The notes beneath the pieces are model-generated. The model was not told the DNA's origin. It did no database searches and worked only from the letters and a program-made list of their open reading frames with translations. This document shows positions 28,858 through 38,224 of a DNA stretch of 64,000 nt, one piece after another. Origin of the DNA: Actinomycetota bacterium (GTDB lineage: Bacteria > Actinomycetota > CADDZG01 > WHSQ01); NCBI GenBank assembly GCA_035942255.1, contig DASZDG010000103.1, positions 15,540 to 79,539 of the forward strand. Direction: 5' to 3'. Numbering within the stretch: the first letter of the stretch is position 1; each line of letters opens with the position of its first letter. The position numbers were made by a program, and so were the translations under genes.

Positions 28858-29823
28858 GTGGCGAGGCGGACGCAGCTCTACTGGTTCCCGCTGGCGAGCA
28901 CGCTGGCGCTCGCCGGCGTGGCGTTGCTGCTCGACCTCCCGGCGCGCGGCGTCCTCGCCGGGGGCGAGCACGCCGGCGTCTGGATCGTGCGCGTCGACAC
29001 CACGTCGTTCGTCGTCTGGTCGGGCGTTGCGCTCGCCGCGCTGTGGACGCTCCAGGCGGCGACGGACCGGCCGCGGCGGCCGTCGCCGTGGTCGCACCAC
29101 GCGTATTACGTCGCGTTCGCGATCCTCTGCACCGATGCCGTTTTCCTCGCCGTGAACCACGGCGGAGGCGCGCCTTCGGTGTGGCTGTACGCGCTCCCGG
29201 TGGGGGCCGCGTGGCTCGGCAGGTTCGTCGCCGCGCGGTTCGAGGACGCCCGCGCTCGGGAGGAGGGCGAGTGGGACGCCGATGGCGCGACGCGGCCGTC
29301 GCTGTCCCTGCGCGGGAGCGAGCGGGCGCTGTGGGTCGGGACGAAGCGCGGCTGGGGCTACCGCACGCAGCTCGTCGGCGCCCCCGTCGCTACGTTGGCG
29401 CTGATCGTGATGCAGTTGTCGGTTCGACCCGGCGCCGGCTTCTGGTGGGACGACGCGCTCTGGATCGGCTTCGCGTTGAGCATGCTCGTCTACGGCTTCC
29501 TCACGATGTCGGTCTCGGTGACGGTGGGCGAGTCGGCCGTGACGGTGGCGGGCGGGCCCTTCCGGATACCGCTGTGGACGATCCCGCTCGAGGACCTTGT
29601 CGAGGCGAGGGCCGAGCGCGTGCGCCCGCGGCAGTACGGCGGATGGGGCTACCACGCGAAGGGCGGCCGGCGCTGCCTGATCGTGCGCGCGGGCGACGCT
29701 CTGGTCCTGAAGAGGAAGGCCGCGGCGGACGTAGTCGTCACAGTGGACGGAGCCGGTGAGGGGGCCGCGCTGGTCAACGCGCTGATCGCGCGCCGGGCCC
29801 CCGACCAGGTCGTCGCTTCCTGA
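28858..29823 (+). CDS. membrane protein of unknown function (partner of the YtrA-like regulator)
   Basis: Several TM segments followed by a soluble C-terminal domain. Starts 3 nt after the GntR stop. Confidence 0.5.
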   Translation: MARRTQLYWFPLASTLALAGVALLLDLPARGVLAGGEHAGVWIVRVDTTSFVVWSGVALAALWTLQAATDRPRRPSPWSHHAYYVAFAILCTDAVFLAVNHGGGAPSVWLYALPVGAAWLGRFVAARFEDARAREEGEWDADGATRPSLSLRGSERALWVGTKRGWGYRTQLVGAPVATLALIVMQLSVRPGAGFWWDDALWIGFALSMLVYGFLTMSVSVTVGESAVTVAGGPFRIPLWTIPLEDLVEARAERVRPRQYGGWGYHAKGGRRCLIVRAGDALVLKRKAAADVVVTVDGAGEGAALVNALIARRAPDQVVAS

Positions 29824-29826
29824 GGC

Positions 29827-30468
29827 TCAGACCTTCCGGAAGACCGCGACTACCTTCCCGAGGATCTCCGTTCCCTGCGGCGCCTCGAACGGCTGCAGGG
29901 CCGGGTTCGCCGGCTCGAACCACACCGCGGAGCCCCGGTGGCGGATCGTCTTCACGGTCGCCTCGGGGGCGTCGCCGAACTCGCTCGGCATCATCGCGGC
30001 GACGATCTCGCCCGAGTGCGCCGTCGGCTGCTGGCGGATGATCACGAAGTCCCCGTCGAGGATCCCCGCGTCGATCATCGAGTCGCCGTGGACCTGGAGC
30101 ATGAAGACGTTGCCGTCGCCGACGAGCTCCGCCGGCATCGGGTAGATCTCGTCGACGTGCTCCTCGGCCAGGATGGGCGTGCCCGCCGCGATGCGCCCGA
30201 GGAGCGGGACGGAACGGGCCGGGCTCCGCTCGGCAGCCAGCCCGGTCTCCGCGTCGTAGAGCAGCTCGATCGCCCGCGGCTTCGTCGGGTCGATCCGGAG
30301 GTAGCCCTTGCGCTGGAGCGCTTGCATGTGGGAGTGGACGGTGGAGCTCGACGCGAGCCCGAGGGCCTCGCAGATCTCGCGGACCGACGGGGGATAGCCC
30401 CGGTCCGAGACGGTCTCGGCGATGAACTCGAGCGTCTGGCGCTGGCGGTCCGTCAGTCCCTCGACCAT
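29827..30468 (-). CDS. lexA: LexA repressor
   Basis: wHTH (PSVREICEALGLASSSTVHSHMQALQRKGYL) and an S24 peptidase domain (GDSMIDAGI...VKT). The MVEGLTDRQ start is preferred; the listed ORF extends to 30498. Confidence 0.9.
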   Translation of the reverse strand: MVEGLTDRQRQTLEFIAETVSDRGYPPSVREICEALGLASSSTVHSHMQALQRKGYLRIDPTKPRAIELLYDAETGLAAERSPARSVPLLGRIAAGTPILAEEHVDEIYPMPAELVGDGNVFMLQVHGDSMIDAGILDGDFVIIRQQPTAHSGEIVAAMMPSEFGDAPEATVKTIRHRGSAVWFEPANPALQPFEAPQGTEILGKVVAVFRKV

Positions 30469-30539
30469 CGCGAAGCCTCCCGTTCCTAGGGGTCCCATTG
30501 CGGGGATCCCATTGCGGTCCGATGCCGGCCATTCTGGCC

Positions 30540-30649
30540 GAACGCACGTTCGCTACGGTACGCGATTCGGCCCCCGGGTGCAAGAACACACGTTCGAACT
30601 CGCTCTTGCTCTCGAACGGACGTTCGCCTAGCATAGCGAACAGACGTTC
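30540..30649 (+). promoter_or_regulatory. array of four LexA boxes in the lexA / LysM-gene divergent intergenic region
   Basis: GAACGCACGTTC 30540-30551, GAACACACGTTC 30584-30595, GAACGGACGTTC 30614-30625, GAACAGACGTTC 30638-30649. All are perfect GAAC-N4-GTTC, and three have flanking C...G. Confidence 0.8.
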
Positions 30650-30734
30650 GGGGCAGGCGCGAAAACTGTCGTACCCCCTCGCTAGCGTCGATCCCGGCTC
30701 CACCACACACGGCGGTGACAAAGGAGGATCAACG

Positions 30735-31091
30735 ATGGCGGTTCGCAGCGAAGACCTCGTCTTTCGCCCGGAAGCGGTCGTCTACCGGTTCCCGGCGGCG
30801 GCCCGGCGCCGGGCCCGCCGCCGGATGATGTTCCGGCGCAGGCTCACGCTCGGGACGACGGCCCTGCTCGTGGTCGCCGCCACGCTCGCCGGCGGCGGGG
30901 TGGCCGAGACAGCGCCCCAGGGGCGGGCGCCGAAGACCGTCCGGGTCCAGCCCGGCGACACGCTCTGGGGGATCGCAGGGGAGTTCGCGCCTTCCGGGAC
31001 CGACATCCGGGCGTACGTGGACGCGCTGATCGAGCTCAACGGGCTCGAGGGCGGGCTCCAGGCGGGGACCCGTCTGCGGCTTCCGAAATAG
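30735..31091 (+). CDS. LysM domain protein (ChiZ/Rv2719c-like), divergent from lexA
   Basis: AAGGAGG at 30721-30727. One TM segment plus a LysM motif (VRVQPGDTLWGIAGEF...LIELNGL...LQAGTRLRLP). Confidence 0.75.
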   Translation: MAVRSEDLVFRPEAVVYRFPAAARRRARRRMMFRRRLTLGTTALLVVAATLAGGGVAETAPQGRAPKTVRVQPGDTLWGIAGEFAPSGTDIRAYVDALIELNGLEGGLQAGTRLRLPK

Positions 31092-31158
31092 TCCGTTTTT
31101 CTTCCCGACTTACCTTGACTCGCGGGCGTCACCTGCGCGTAATTACACATCTGTGATG

Positions 31159-31174
31159 CCCCCATATGTTGTGG
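31159..31174 (+). promoter_or_regulatory. NrdR box 1
   Basis: ccccCATATgTTGTGg matches all strongly conserved positions of the published NrdR-box consensus acaCwAtATaTwGtgt. Confidence 0.65.
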
Positions 31175-31190
31175 TGGGCGAGGTGAGAAG

Positions 31191-31206
31191 GCCCTAGATG
31201 TGGTGG
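31191..31206 (+). promoter_or_regulatory. NrdR box 2
   Basis: gccCTAgATgTgGTGg. It is 16 bp after box 1 (centres 32 bp apart), which is the usual tandem NrdR arrangement. Confidence 0.65.
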
Positions 31207-31247
31207 ATTCCTGCGGATCGAGCCGGTCAGGGCATGGGAGAATAGCA

Positions 31248-34088
31248 GTGGCCGAGGAACCGTCCGAGGCCGCTCGGAAGGGGGCAGTCGGCGTGGCAGG
31301 AGCGACCACCAAGAGCAGCGCCATCGAGGGGCTCGGCATCCGCCGTCACTTCACCACCGAGGGCGTCCATCCCTACGACGAGATCGAGTGGGAGCTGAGG
31401 GACGCCGTCATCCAGAACTACCGGACCGGTGAGGTCGCGTTCGAGCAGAAGGACATCGAGTTCCCGAAGGCCTGGTCGCAGAACGCCACGAACATCGTCG
31501 CCCAGAAGTACTTCCGGGGCGCCCTCGACTCCCCGAACCGCGAGCGCTCGGTCAAGCAGATGATCGACCGGGTCGTCGGCCGCTACGAGGAGGAGGGGCT
31601 CTCCCGCGGGTACTTCGCCGACGCCGCCGAGGCGAAGACGTTCGCCGAGGAGCTGACCCACCTGCTCGTGACGCAGAAGGCCGCGTTCAACTCGCCGGTC
31701 TGGTTCAACGTCGGGTGGCGCCCCAAGGGCGAGGAGCAGGTGAGCGCGTGCTTCATCCTCGCCGTCGAGGACCAGATGAAGTCGATCCTCAACTGGTACG
31801 TCGAGGAGGGCACGATCTTCAAGGGCGGGTCCGGCTCGGGGATCAACCTCTCCACGATCCGCTCGTCGAAGGAGCGGCTGAAGTCCGGCGGCACCGCGTC
31901 GGGCCCGGTGTCGTTCATGCGCGGCGCGGACGCGTCGGCCGGGACGATCAAGTCCGGAGGCGCCACGCGGCGCGCCGCGAAGATGGTCGTGCTGAACGTC
32001 GACCACCCCGACATCAAGGAGTTCATCTGGTGCAAGGCTCTCGAGGAGCGCAAGGCGCGCGCTCTGCGTGAGGCCGGGTTCGACATGGACCTCGACGGCA
32101 ACGACGGCCACTCGATCCAGTACCAGAACGCAAACAACTCGGTGCGCGTCACCGACGAGTTCATGAACGCCGCGGTGAAGGACGAGGACTGGGAGCTGAA
32201 GGCGGTCACGACCGGCGAGACGATCGAGACCCTCAAGGCGAAGGACCTCCTGCGCCAGATCTCGGAGGCCGCGTGGCAGTGCGCCGACCCCGGCGTGCAG
32301 TACGACACGACGATCAACGACTGGCACACGTGCCCGAACTCGGGCCGGATCAACGCGTCGAACCCGTGCTCCGAGTACGTCCACGTCGACAACTCCTCGT
32401 GCAACCTTGCGTCCCTGAACCTCATGAAGTTCGTCGACGAGAACGACAACTTCGACGTCGAGGGCTTCATGCACGCGGTCCAGATCGTGTTCATCGCGCA
32501 GGAGATCTCGGTCGGCTTCGCGTCGTACCCGACGCCGAAGATCGCCGAGAACTCGTACCGCTTCCGCCAGCTCGGCCAGGGCTACGCGAACCTCGGCGCG
32601 CTGCTGATGAGCCAGGGCCTCGCCTACGACTCCGACGACGGCCGCGCCTGGGCCGCGGCGATCACGGCGCTGATGACCGGCCACTGCTACGCGACGTCGG
32701 CGCGGCTCGCGCACCGGGTCGGCCCGTTCGCGGCGTTCCCCGAGAACCGCGAGCCGATGCTCCGGGTCATGAACAAGCACCGTGCCGCGGCGTACGAGAT
32801 CCCCGAGGGCCTGGCCCCCGCGCCGTTGCTCGAGGCCGCGCATTCCGCCTGGGACGACGCCGTCGCGCTGGGTGACGACCACGGCTACCGCAACGCGCAG
32901 GCGACCGTGCTCGCCCCGACCGGGACGATCGGGCTGATGATGGACTGCGACACGACCGGGATCGAGCCCGACCTGGCGCTGAAGAAGATGAAGAAGCTGG
33001 TCGGCGGCGGGACGATGTCGATCGTCAACCAGACGGTCCCGCGGGCACTGCGGAAGCTCGGCTACGGCGAGTCGCAGATCGCCGAGATCGTCGCCTACAT
33101 CGACGAGAACTCGCACGTGGTGGGGGCCCCGCACCTCCGCGAGGAGCACATGTCGGTCTTCGACACCGCGATGGGCGAGCGCTCGATCCACTACATGGGG
33201 CACATCCGGATGATGGCGGCGGCCCAGCCGTTCCTCAGCGGCGCGATCAGCAAGACCGTGAACATGCCCGAGGACGTGACGGTCGAGGACATCGAGCAGG
33301 CGTACCTCGAGGGGTGGCGCCGAGGGCTGAAGGCGCTCGCGATCTACCGGGACAACTGCAAGACCGCGCAGCCGCTCTCGATCTCGAAGAAGCAGCCGGT
33401 CGAGGAGCCGGCCGAGAAGAAGCTCGCGACGGACCTGCCGGAGCCGGTGCGGCGCAGGCTGCCGCAGGCCCGCCGTTCGATCACGTTCAAGTTCCGGGTC
33501 GCCGACACGGAGGGGTACCTCACCGCCGGCGAGTTCCCCGACCGCCGCGTCGGCGAGATCTTCCTGCGGGTCGCCAAGCAGGGCTCGACGCTCGCCGGGA
33601 TCATGGACGCCTTCGCGATCTCGATCTCGATGGGCCTCCAGTACGGCGTCCCGCTGTCGGCGTACGTGAAGCAGTTCGCCAACACCCGTTTCGAGCCGTC
33701 GGGGATGACCGACGACCCCGAGTTCCGGATCGCCACGTCGATCCTCGACTACGTGTTCAAGCGGCTCGCCGTCGAGTACCTCTCGGTCGACGAGCGCCAC
33801 GCTCTGGGCATCAGGACGTCGGGCGAGCGCCAGGCCGAGATCGAGGCGAAGCTCGACCCGGTCGCCGGCGAGACGGTGAACGGGAACGGCAATGGCAATG
33901 GCGATGGGAACGGCCACGGCAACGGGCACGCCAAGACGGCCGAGCCCGAAGGTGTGATCGTGCTCGGCCCGGTCGCGGGGGCCAACGCCGGGTCGCTCCC
34001 GTTCTGCGGGACGTGCGGCGTGCAGATGAACCCCGCCGGCTCGTGCTTCGCCTGCCCCTCGTGCGGCTCGACCAGCGGCTGTTCCTGA
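31248..34088 (+). CDS. nrdJ: vitamin B12-dependent (class II) ribonucleotide reductase
   Basis: NATNIVAQKYFRG, SACFIL, NPCSEY and CNLASLNL motifs, plus a C-terminal Cys-rich tail CGTCG...CFACPSCG. The GTG at 31248 is preferred because ORF start 31200 lies inside NrdR box 2. Confidence 0.9.
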   Translation: MAEEPSEAARKGAVGVAGATTKSSAIEGLGIRRHFTTEGVHPYDEIEWELRDAVIQNYRTGEVAFEQKDIEFPKAWSQNATNIVAQKYFRGALDSPNRERSVKQMIDRVVGRYEEEGLSRGYFADAAEAKTFAEELTHLLVTQKAAFNSPVWFNVGWRPKGEEQVSACFILAVEDQMKSILNWYVEEGTIFKGGSGSGINLSTIRSSKERLKSGGTASGPVSFMRGADASAGTIKSGGATRRAAKMVVLNVDHPDIKEFIWCKALEERKARALREAGFDMDLDGNDGHSIQYQNANNSVRVTDEFMNAAVKDEDWELKAVTTGETIETLKAKDLLRQISEAAWQCADPGVQYDTTINDWHTCPNSGRINASNPCSEYVHVDNSSCNLASLNLMKFVDENDNFDVEGFMHAVQIVFIAQEISVGFASYPTPKIAENSYRFRQLGQGYANLGALLMSQGLAYDSDDGRAWAAAITALMTGHCYATSARLAHRVGPFAAFPENREPMLRVMNKHRAAAYEIPEGLAPAPLLEAAHSAWDDAVALGDDHGYRNAQATVLAPTGTIGLMMDCDTTGIEPDLALKKMKKLVGGGTMSIVNQTVPRALRKLGYGESQIAEIVAYIDENSHVVGAPHLREEHMSVFDTAMGERSIHYMGHIRMMAAAQPFLSGAISKTVNMPEDVTVEDIEQAYLEGWRRGLKALAIYRDNCKTAQPLSISKKQPVEEPAEKKLATDLPEPVRRRLPQARRSITFKFRVADTEGYLTAGEFPDRRVGEIFLRVAKQGSTLAGIMDAFAISISMGLQYGVPLSAYVKQFANTRFEPSGMTDDPEFRIATSILDYVFKRLAVEYLSVDERHALGIRTSGERQAEIEAKLDPVAGETVNGNGNGNGDGNGHGNGHAKTAEPEGVIVLGPVAGANAGSLPFCGTCGVQMNPAGSCFACPSCGSTSGCS

Positions 34089-34098
34089 GGAGGCCGGC

Positions 34099-34296
34099 AT
34101 GGCGGACGTGAAGCATTGCAGCGAGTGCGGGGCGGAGCTCAGGCTCCGTCCCGCCTCCTGCCCACTCTGTGGGCGCGAGACGCCGTTCGTGCCGAAGGAA
34201 CGGGTGCACATCGACCTCGACGACTACCAGAGCAACGTGCGGTCGTTGCGGGACGAGCTGTACCGGATCAGGCGTGACGACGCGGAGGCGGTCTGA
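34099..34296 (+). CDS. small zinc-ribbon protein
   Basis: GAGGAGG upstream. CSECG-x11-CPLCG. 65 aa. Confidence 0.45.
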   Translation: MADVKHCSECGAELRLRPASCPLCGRETPFVPKERVHIDLDDYQSNVRSLRDELYRIRRDDAEAV

Positions 34297-34310
34297 CGGA
34301 TACTGGCGGC

Positions 34311-35033
34311 ATGAGAAGACTCGCCACAGCCCTCGTCCCCGCCCTCCTCACGCTCGGGCTCGCGGCCCCCACGACCGCTGCCGGCAAGACGTTCGAGCTG
34401 CACCTCAAGAGCCATCACCGGCCGGGAGCACCGGTCATCATCGTGCTGCAGAACCTCTCCGACGAGGCACAGCGATTCGGAAGCCCCTGGACGATCACCC
34501 GCGCCAAGAGCGACGAGGTCGTGGCGCAGTTCCACTGGTCGCGGGCCGAGCAGCGACTTGCTCCCGGTGAGACCGCCATATGGGAGTGGGACCAGCGTGA
34601 GGGGCCGCACAACACCGAGCCGGCTCCGCCCGAGGAAGGCGCGCTCGCGGGCCCCGGCGGCTACGCCGTCGCGATCGAGACGCCGGAGCGAACGATCACG
34701 CGGCGTTTCCAGATCGGACGTTTCTTCACGCTCGGGTTCGAGGGCCGCGACGCCTCGTTCGTCGTGTTCGTCAACGAGCGCAAGCCGATAAAGCTGATGA
34801 GGGCCGAGGCCAACGCGGAAGACAAGACGCTGATCGTCTCTGGAAAGATCAGGGGCGAGCGCCGCTACAACCGCGACTGGTCCTACTCGATGGGCCCGGG
34901 ATCGATCGTCCTCGGCGAGGTCTTCATCGAGGTCTGTGACGGGAGCCCGCGCTACGTCGAGCGCCACAAGAAGGACTGGCTCGGCAAGCGATGGTGCCCG
35001 TGGTCGTCGTACGTGGCGGCGGCCGGGCGCTGA
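34311..35033 (+). CDS. secreted protein of unknown function
   Basis: Signal peptide MRRLATALVPALLTLGLAAPTTAAG. Coding-like codon usage. Confidence 0.5.
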   Translation: MRRLATALVPALLTLGLAAPTTAAGKTFELHLKSHHRPGAPVIIVLQNLSDEAQRFGSPWTITRAKSDEVVAQFHWSRAEQRLAPGETAIWEWDQREGPHNTEPAPPEEGALAGPGGYAVAIETPERTITRRFQIGRFFTLGFEGRDASFVVFVNERKPIKLMRAEANAEDKTLIVSGKIRGERRYNRDWSYSMGPGSIVLGEVFIEVCDGSPRYVERHKKDWLGKRWCPWSSYVAAAGR

Positions 35034-35034
35034 C

Positions 35035-35505
35035 GTGCGCTGCCCCTATTGCGCCGTCGAGGAGGACAAGGTAGTCGACTCCCGCGTCGCGGAGGAGGGG
35101 CGTGTGATCCGCCGCCGGCGCGAGTGCCTCGGGTGCGGCCGCCGGTACACGACGTTCGAGCGCGCGGAGGAGGTGCCGCTGCTCGTGGTCAAACGCAACG
35201 GCGGCGAGGAGCCTTTCGATCGGGCGAAGGTCGTCGAAGGGATCAGACGGGCGTGCAAGAACCGTCCGGTCACGGGGGCCGAGATCGATGAGCTCGTCGA
35301 CGACGTCGAGGAGTCGATGAAGGCGAGCGGCGAGCGTCCGGTGCCTACCTCGGTCATCGGCCGCGAGGTCCTCGAGCGGCTGCGCAACCTCGACGAGGTC
35401 GCTTACCTACGCTTCGCCTCGGTCTACAAGGACTTCCAGGAGCTCACGGACTTCGAGCGCGAGCTCGGCCGGCTGTTGAAGAAGTCGCCCCCGAAGACGC
35501 CGTGA
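35035..35505 (+). CDS. nrdR: transcriptional repressor NrdR
   Basis: VRCPYC...CLGCGRR zinc ribbon plus an ATP-cone domain. Confidence 0.92.
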   Translation: MRCPYCAVEEDKVVDSRVAEEGRVIRRRRECLGCGRRYTTFERAEEVPLLVVKRNGGEEPFDRAKVVEGIRRACKNRPVTGAEIDELVDDVEESMKASGERPVPTSVIGREVLERLRNLDEVAYLRFASVYKDFQELTDFERELGRLLKKSPPKTP

Positions 35506-35933
35506 AGGTCCGCGTCCGCCGGCTGGACCCCGGCCTGCCCCTGCCCGCGTACGCAAGGCCCGGAGACGCGGGGTTGGACCTCTACGCGGCCGAGTCGTGT
35601 GTCTTGAAGCCCGGCGACCGGGCGGCGGTGGCGACGGGCCTCGCCGTCGAGATCCCGCGCGGCTACGCCGGCTTCGTCCACGCGCGCTCGGGGCGAGCTC
35701 TGCGGGAGGGCCTCGCGCTCGTCAACGCGCCGGGTCTGATCGACGCCGGGTACCGCGGCGAGATCAAGGTCGTAGTCGCGAACCTCGATCCCGCGATGCC
35801 GATCCACGTCGAGCGCGGCGACAAGATCGCTCAGCTGGTGGTCCAGCCGGTCGTCGAGGCCGAGCTCGAGGAGGTCGACGCCCTCGAGGTGAGCGAGCGC
35901 GGCGCGGGGGGCTTCGGGAGCACGGGCCGCTAG
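35502..35933 (+). CDS. dut: dUTP diphosphatase
   Basis: [12 protein letters not shown] and [11 protein letters not shown] motifs. GTGA overlap with nrdR. Confidence 0.9.
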   Translation: MKVRVRRLDPGLPLPAYARPGDAGLDLYAAESCVLKPGDRAAVATGLAVEIPRGYAGFVHARSGRALREGLALVNAPGLIDAGYRGEIKVVVANLDPAMPIHVERGDKIAQLVVQPVVEAELEEVDALEVSERGAGGFGSTGR

Positions 35934-35936
35934 GGA

Positions 35937-36305
35937 CTAACGGGAGAGGGCGCGGGCGAGCTCCTCCTTCGACATCCCCGAGCGCCCCGACACGCCCGCC
36001 TTCTTCGCCAGCTCGTAGAGCTCGGCCCTCGTCTTCCCGTCGACGTTCCCGGCGTAGCCGTTGCCGCCGTCCTCGGTCCGTAGCGCGCCGGCGAACCCTC
36101 GGAGCGCGCTCTCTGCGGTGGTGCGGACCTTCTTCGTCGACAACGCGGCCGCCGCGAGCGCGACCGCACCGGCGACCACCGGCTTGCCGCGTGGTGCGTG
36201 GGATTGCGGCGTGGGCACTACGTCCGCGTCGCGAGCCGTCGCGAGCCACCTCATTGCCGTCGTCGACGCGAATCCTCCGGCGCGACGTGCGATCTTCTTG
36301 ATCAC
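35937..36305 (-). CDS. small protein with Ala-rich hydrophobic segment and C-terminal Rho_N/SAP-like motif
   Basis: GGAAGGGAGGA precedes the GTG. The C-terminus reads KTRAELYELAKKAGVSGRSGMSKEELARAL. It is the last gene in line with the gvp operon. Confidence 0.45.
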   Translation of the reverse strand: MIKKIARRAGGFASTTAMRWLATARDADVVPTPQSHAPRGKPVVAGAVALAAAALSTKKVRTTAESALRGFAGALRTEDGGNGYAGNVDGKTRAELYELAKKAGVSGRSGMSKEELARALSR

Positions 36306-36324
36306 GTGATCCTCCCTTCCTCCG

Positions 36325-36663
36325 TCACAACAGCCGTCCGAGGGGGCCGAGGTCGAGATTGAGATCCTCGGCCTCCAGCCCGAAGTGCTCGCGCAGCTCG
36401 GCCATCCGCTGCTCGAGCTTCATGAACGTGTCGCCCATCGCCTCCACCTGCTCGTCGGAGACGGTGCCGGCCTCCATCCGCCGGATCGCCTGTCGCTCCA
36501 TCAGCTGGCGGAGGAGCTCGACGATCGTCAGCACGAGCTGCGCGAGCCCGCGCTCCGCGCCGTCGCGCGCCACGTCGATGCGCGCGCTCGGCGGCGCGAG
36601 CTCGTGCGAGATCCGTCCGAGGTCGTCGATCGGCTCGGCGAGGGCTGCGAGCGCGTCGTTCAT
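36325..36663 (-). CDS. gvpK: gas vesicle protein K
   Basis: GLAQLVLTIVELLRQLMERQAIRRMEAGTVSDEQVEAMGDTFMKLE is the GvpK signature. ATGA overlap with the upstream gene. Confidence 0.85.
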   Translation of the reverse strand: MNDALAALAEPIDDLGRISHELAPPSARIDVARDGAERGLAQLVLTIVELLRQLMERQAIRRMEAGTVSDEQVEAMGDTFMKLEQRMAELREHFGLEAEDLNLDLGPLGRLL

Positions 36664-36863
36664 CGCCCGGCCCCCGAGACCGTGTCGACGGAGGCGAGCA
36701 GGAGGTTGAGGTCGAGCTTGACGAGGTCGACGTCCGCGACGCTCAGCACCACCTGACCGCGCACCACCGCGCCTTTGTCGAGTATCCGGTCGACGAGGTC
36801 CAGCAGCGTGACCTGCCGCTGGAGGTCAGCCGCCGTGGCGTCAGGAACGAGGCCCGGTGACAT
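36660..36863 (-). CDS. small GvpA/J/M-family gas vesicle protein (GvpS/M-like)
   Basis: LLDLVDRILDKGAVVRGQVVLSVADVDLVKLDLNLLLASVDTV core. An internal ATG is used rather than ORF start 36947. Confidence 0.7.
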   Translation of the reverse strand: MSPGLVPDATAADLQRQVTLLDLVDRILDKGAVVRGQVVLSVADVDLVKLDLNLLLASVDTVSGAGR

Positions 36864-37584
36864 CCGCGCTCGTGAAGTTGTAGGGGGGCCACGGCCCGGT
36901 GACCTCGAACGTGCACTCCCCGTGCACGCGCTGGAGCGCGTCGACACGCTGCATGAAGGTGTCCCGCGCGCGGTGCGCCACCAGGTAGGCCGCGTTGACC
37001 GCGGCGGGCGTCCGGGAGGTCACGAGCACGGCCTCGTCCGCGACTCCCGACAGGGCCGCGTGCACCGAGCGGGCCAGCTCCGCCGCGGCCTCGGCCGCGC
37101 CTGCGCGCGCGTCGAGGCGACCCTTCTTCTGCAGGAGGTAGTCACGGCCGGAGCGCGGGGCAACGGCGGCCTCTTCCAGATCCCGGGGCTCCGGCGCGTG
37201 GACCTTCAGCCCCCACTCCGAACGGCCGGTGACGCGCTCGAGGCATCGTTCGAACTCGGTCTCGTTCGCCGCGAGCATGCCGCGGAGGGCGCTCTCGCTC
37301 GAGAAGATGGCACCGAACCGCATCGGGACGACCGCCGTCCGGGCGAGGGTCCCTTCGAGGACCGCGTGGTGCGCGCGCACCTTCGACTCGAGCCACTCCG
37401 GCGCCGCCGCGTTGCGCTCGAGCGCGTCGCCCTCGAACTCGTCGACGTCGACCTCGCTGACTATTGCCGCCAGCGCGCCGTGCTCGACCACTCCCGGGGA
37501 CCGCTCGGGGTCGATCGCCGGGCCCGACGGGGGAGCGGGCAGGCCGCGCGCGGCGACGCCGTAGACGTAGAGCCCGGACGTCAC
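36841..37584 (-). CDS. gvpL: GvpL/GvpF family gas vesicle protein
   Basis: LYVYGV...VVPMRFG... family pattern. The GTG start forms a GTGA overlap with the gvpJ stop. Confidence 0.8.
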   Translation of the reverse strand: MTSGLYVYGVAARGLPAPPSGPAIDPERSPGVVEHGALAAIVSEVDVDEFEGDALERNAAAPEWLESKVRAHHAVLEGTLARTAVVPMRFGAIFSSESALRGMLAANETEFERCLERVTGRSEWGLKVHAPEPRDLEEAAVAPRSGRDYLLQKKGRLDARAGAAEAAAELARSVHAALSGVADEAVLVTSRTPAAVNAAYLVAHRARDTFMQRVDALQRVHGECTFEVTGPWPPYNFTSADVTGPRS

Positions 37585-37925
37585 TGTCCGTCCTCCTCTG
37601 ACGGGAGCAGCTTCGTCAGCGCGGTTTCGATCCTTTCGAGTCGCGCCTCCACGTCGGACGCCGGCCCGTCGGGCAGAGACTCGCGGGCGTTGCCGGACAG
37701 GAACGGGTCGTTCTCCCACCAGTCGATGCCCATCTTCTTGGCGGTGTCGGCGGACGCGATCAGTAGGCGCAGCTTGATCGTCAAGAGCTCGATGTCGAGG
37801 AGGTTGATCGCTATGTCGCCCGCGACCACGATGCCCTTGTCGAGCACTCGCTCGAGGATGTCGGCGAGGTCGCCACCTCCCCCCGAGACGGGTGGTGCAG
37901 CGCGTGAGTAGCGTTCGGTCTGCAT
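37581..37925 (-). CDS. gvpJ: gas vesicle protein J
   Basis: LADILERVLDKGIVVAGDIAINLLDIELLTIKLRLLIASADTAKKMGIDWWE. Confidence 0.85.
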   Translation of the reverse strand: MQTERYSRAAPPVSGGGGDLADILERVLDKGIVVAGDIAINLLDIELLTIKLRLLIASADTAKKMGIDWWENDPFLSGNARESLPDGPASDVEARLERIETALTKLLPSEEDGQ

Positions 37926-37927
37926 CC

Positions 37928-38224
37928 TTACTCCTTGTCCACCTGGTTCCGGGTGTACCGGCGGGTGCGCTCCATGTCGAGGAGCGATCCCTCGCCGTCG
38001 AGGCGGATCTCGTACGTCGCGAGGAGGTCGGTCGAGGACGGCACCCTGGTCAGCTCGACGACGTCGACACCGACCTCCCAGCCCCCTCCGTCGGTGCGGT
38101 TGAGCCGGGAGATCCCCTCCGGCTGCCGGCCCGTCAGCTCCACGACCACCTCGCGGGCGCTCCAGATCGCGGCTGCGGCCGAGAGCGCGTTCCCCGGCGA
38201 GCCGTTCGACGCCCCCTCGCTCAC
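37928..38224 (-). CDS. gvpO: gas vesicle protein O
   Basis: ...ELTGRQPEGISRLNRTDGGGWEVGVDVVELTRVPSSTDLLATYEIRLDGEG... The GTG forms a GTGA overlap with the gvpG stop. Confidence 0.75.
   Translation of the reverse strand: MSEGASNGSPGNALSAAAAIWSAREVVVELTGRQPEGISRLNRTDGGGWEVGVDVVELTRVPSSTDLLATYEIRLDGEGSLLDMERTRRYTRNQVDKE

Noticed and set aside
31144-31159. Third NrdR-box-like sequence TACACATCTGTGATGC upstream of box 1.
   Set aside because: It contains a CACA..TGTG palindrome, but it does not fit the conserved central A-t-A-T-a-T positions of the consensus and is not correctly phased with the other two boxes.
31227-34211. 994-aa minus-strand ORF opposite nrdJ. Similar long antisense ORFs occur at 6887-8818, 9386-10945, 13590-15146, 16167-17693, 23579-24973, 27045-28301, 43437-44447, 45258-46997 and 60429-62285.
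   Set aside because: All are mirror-frame artefacts of strongly supported genes on the other strand. They have a compositional signature only (R/A/G/P/D rich) and no motifs.
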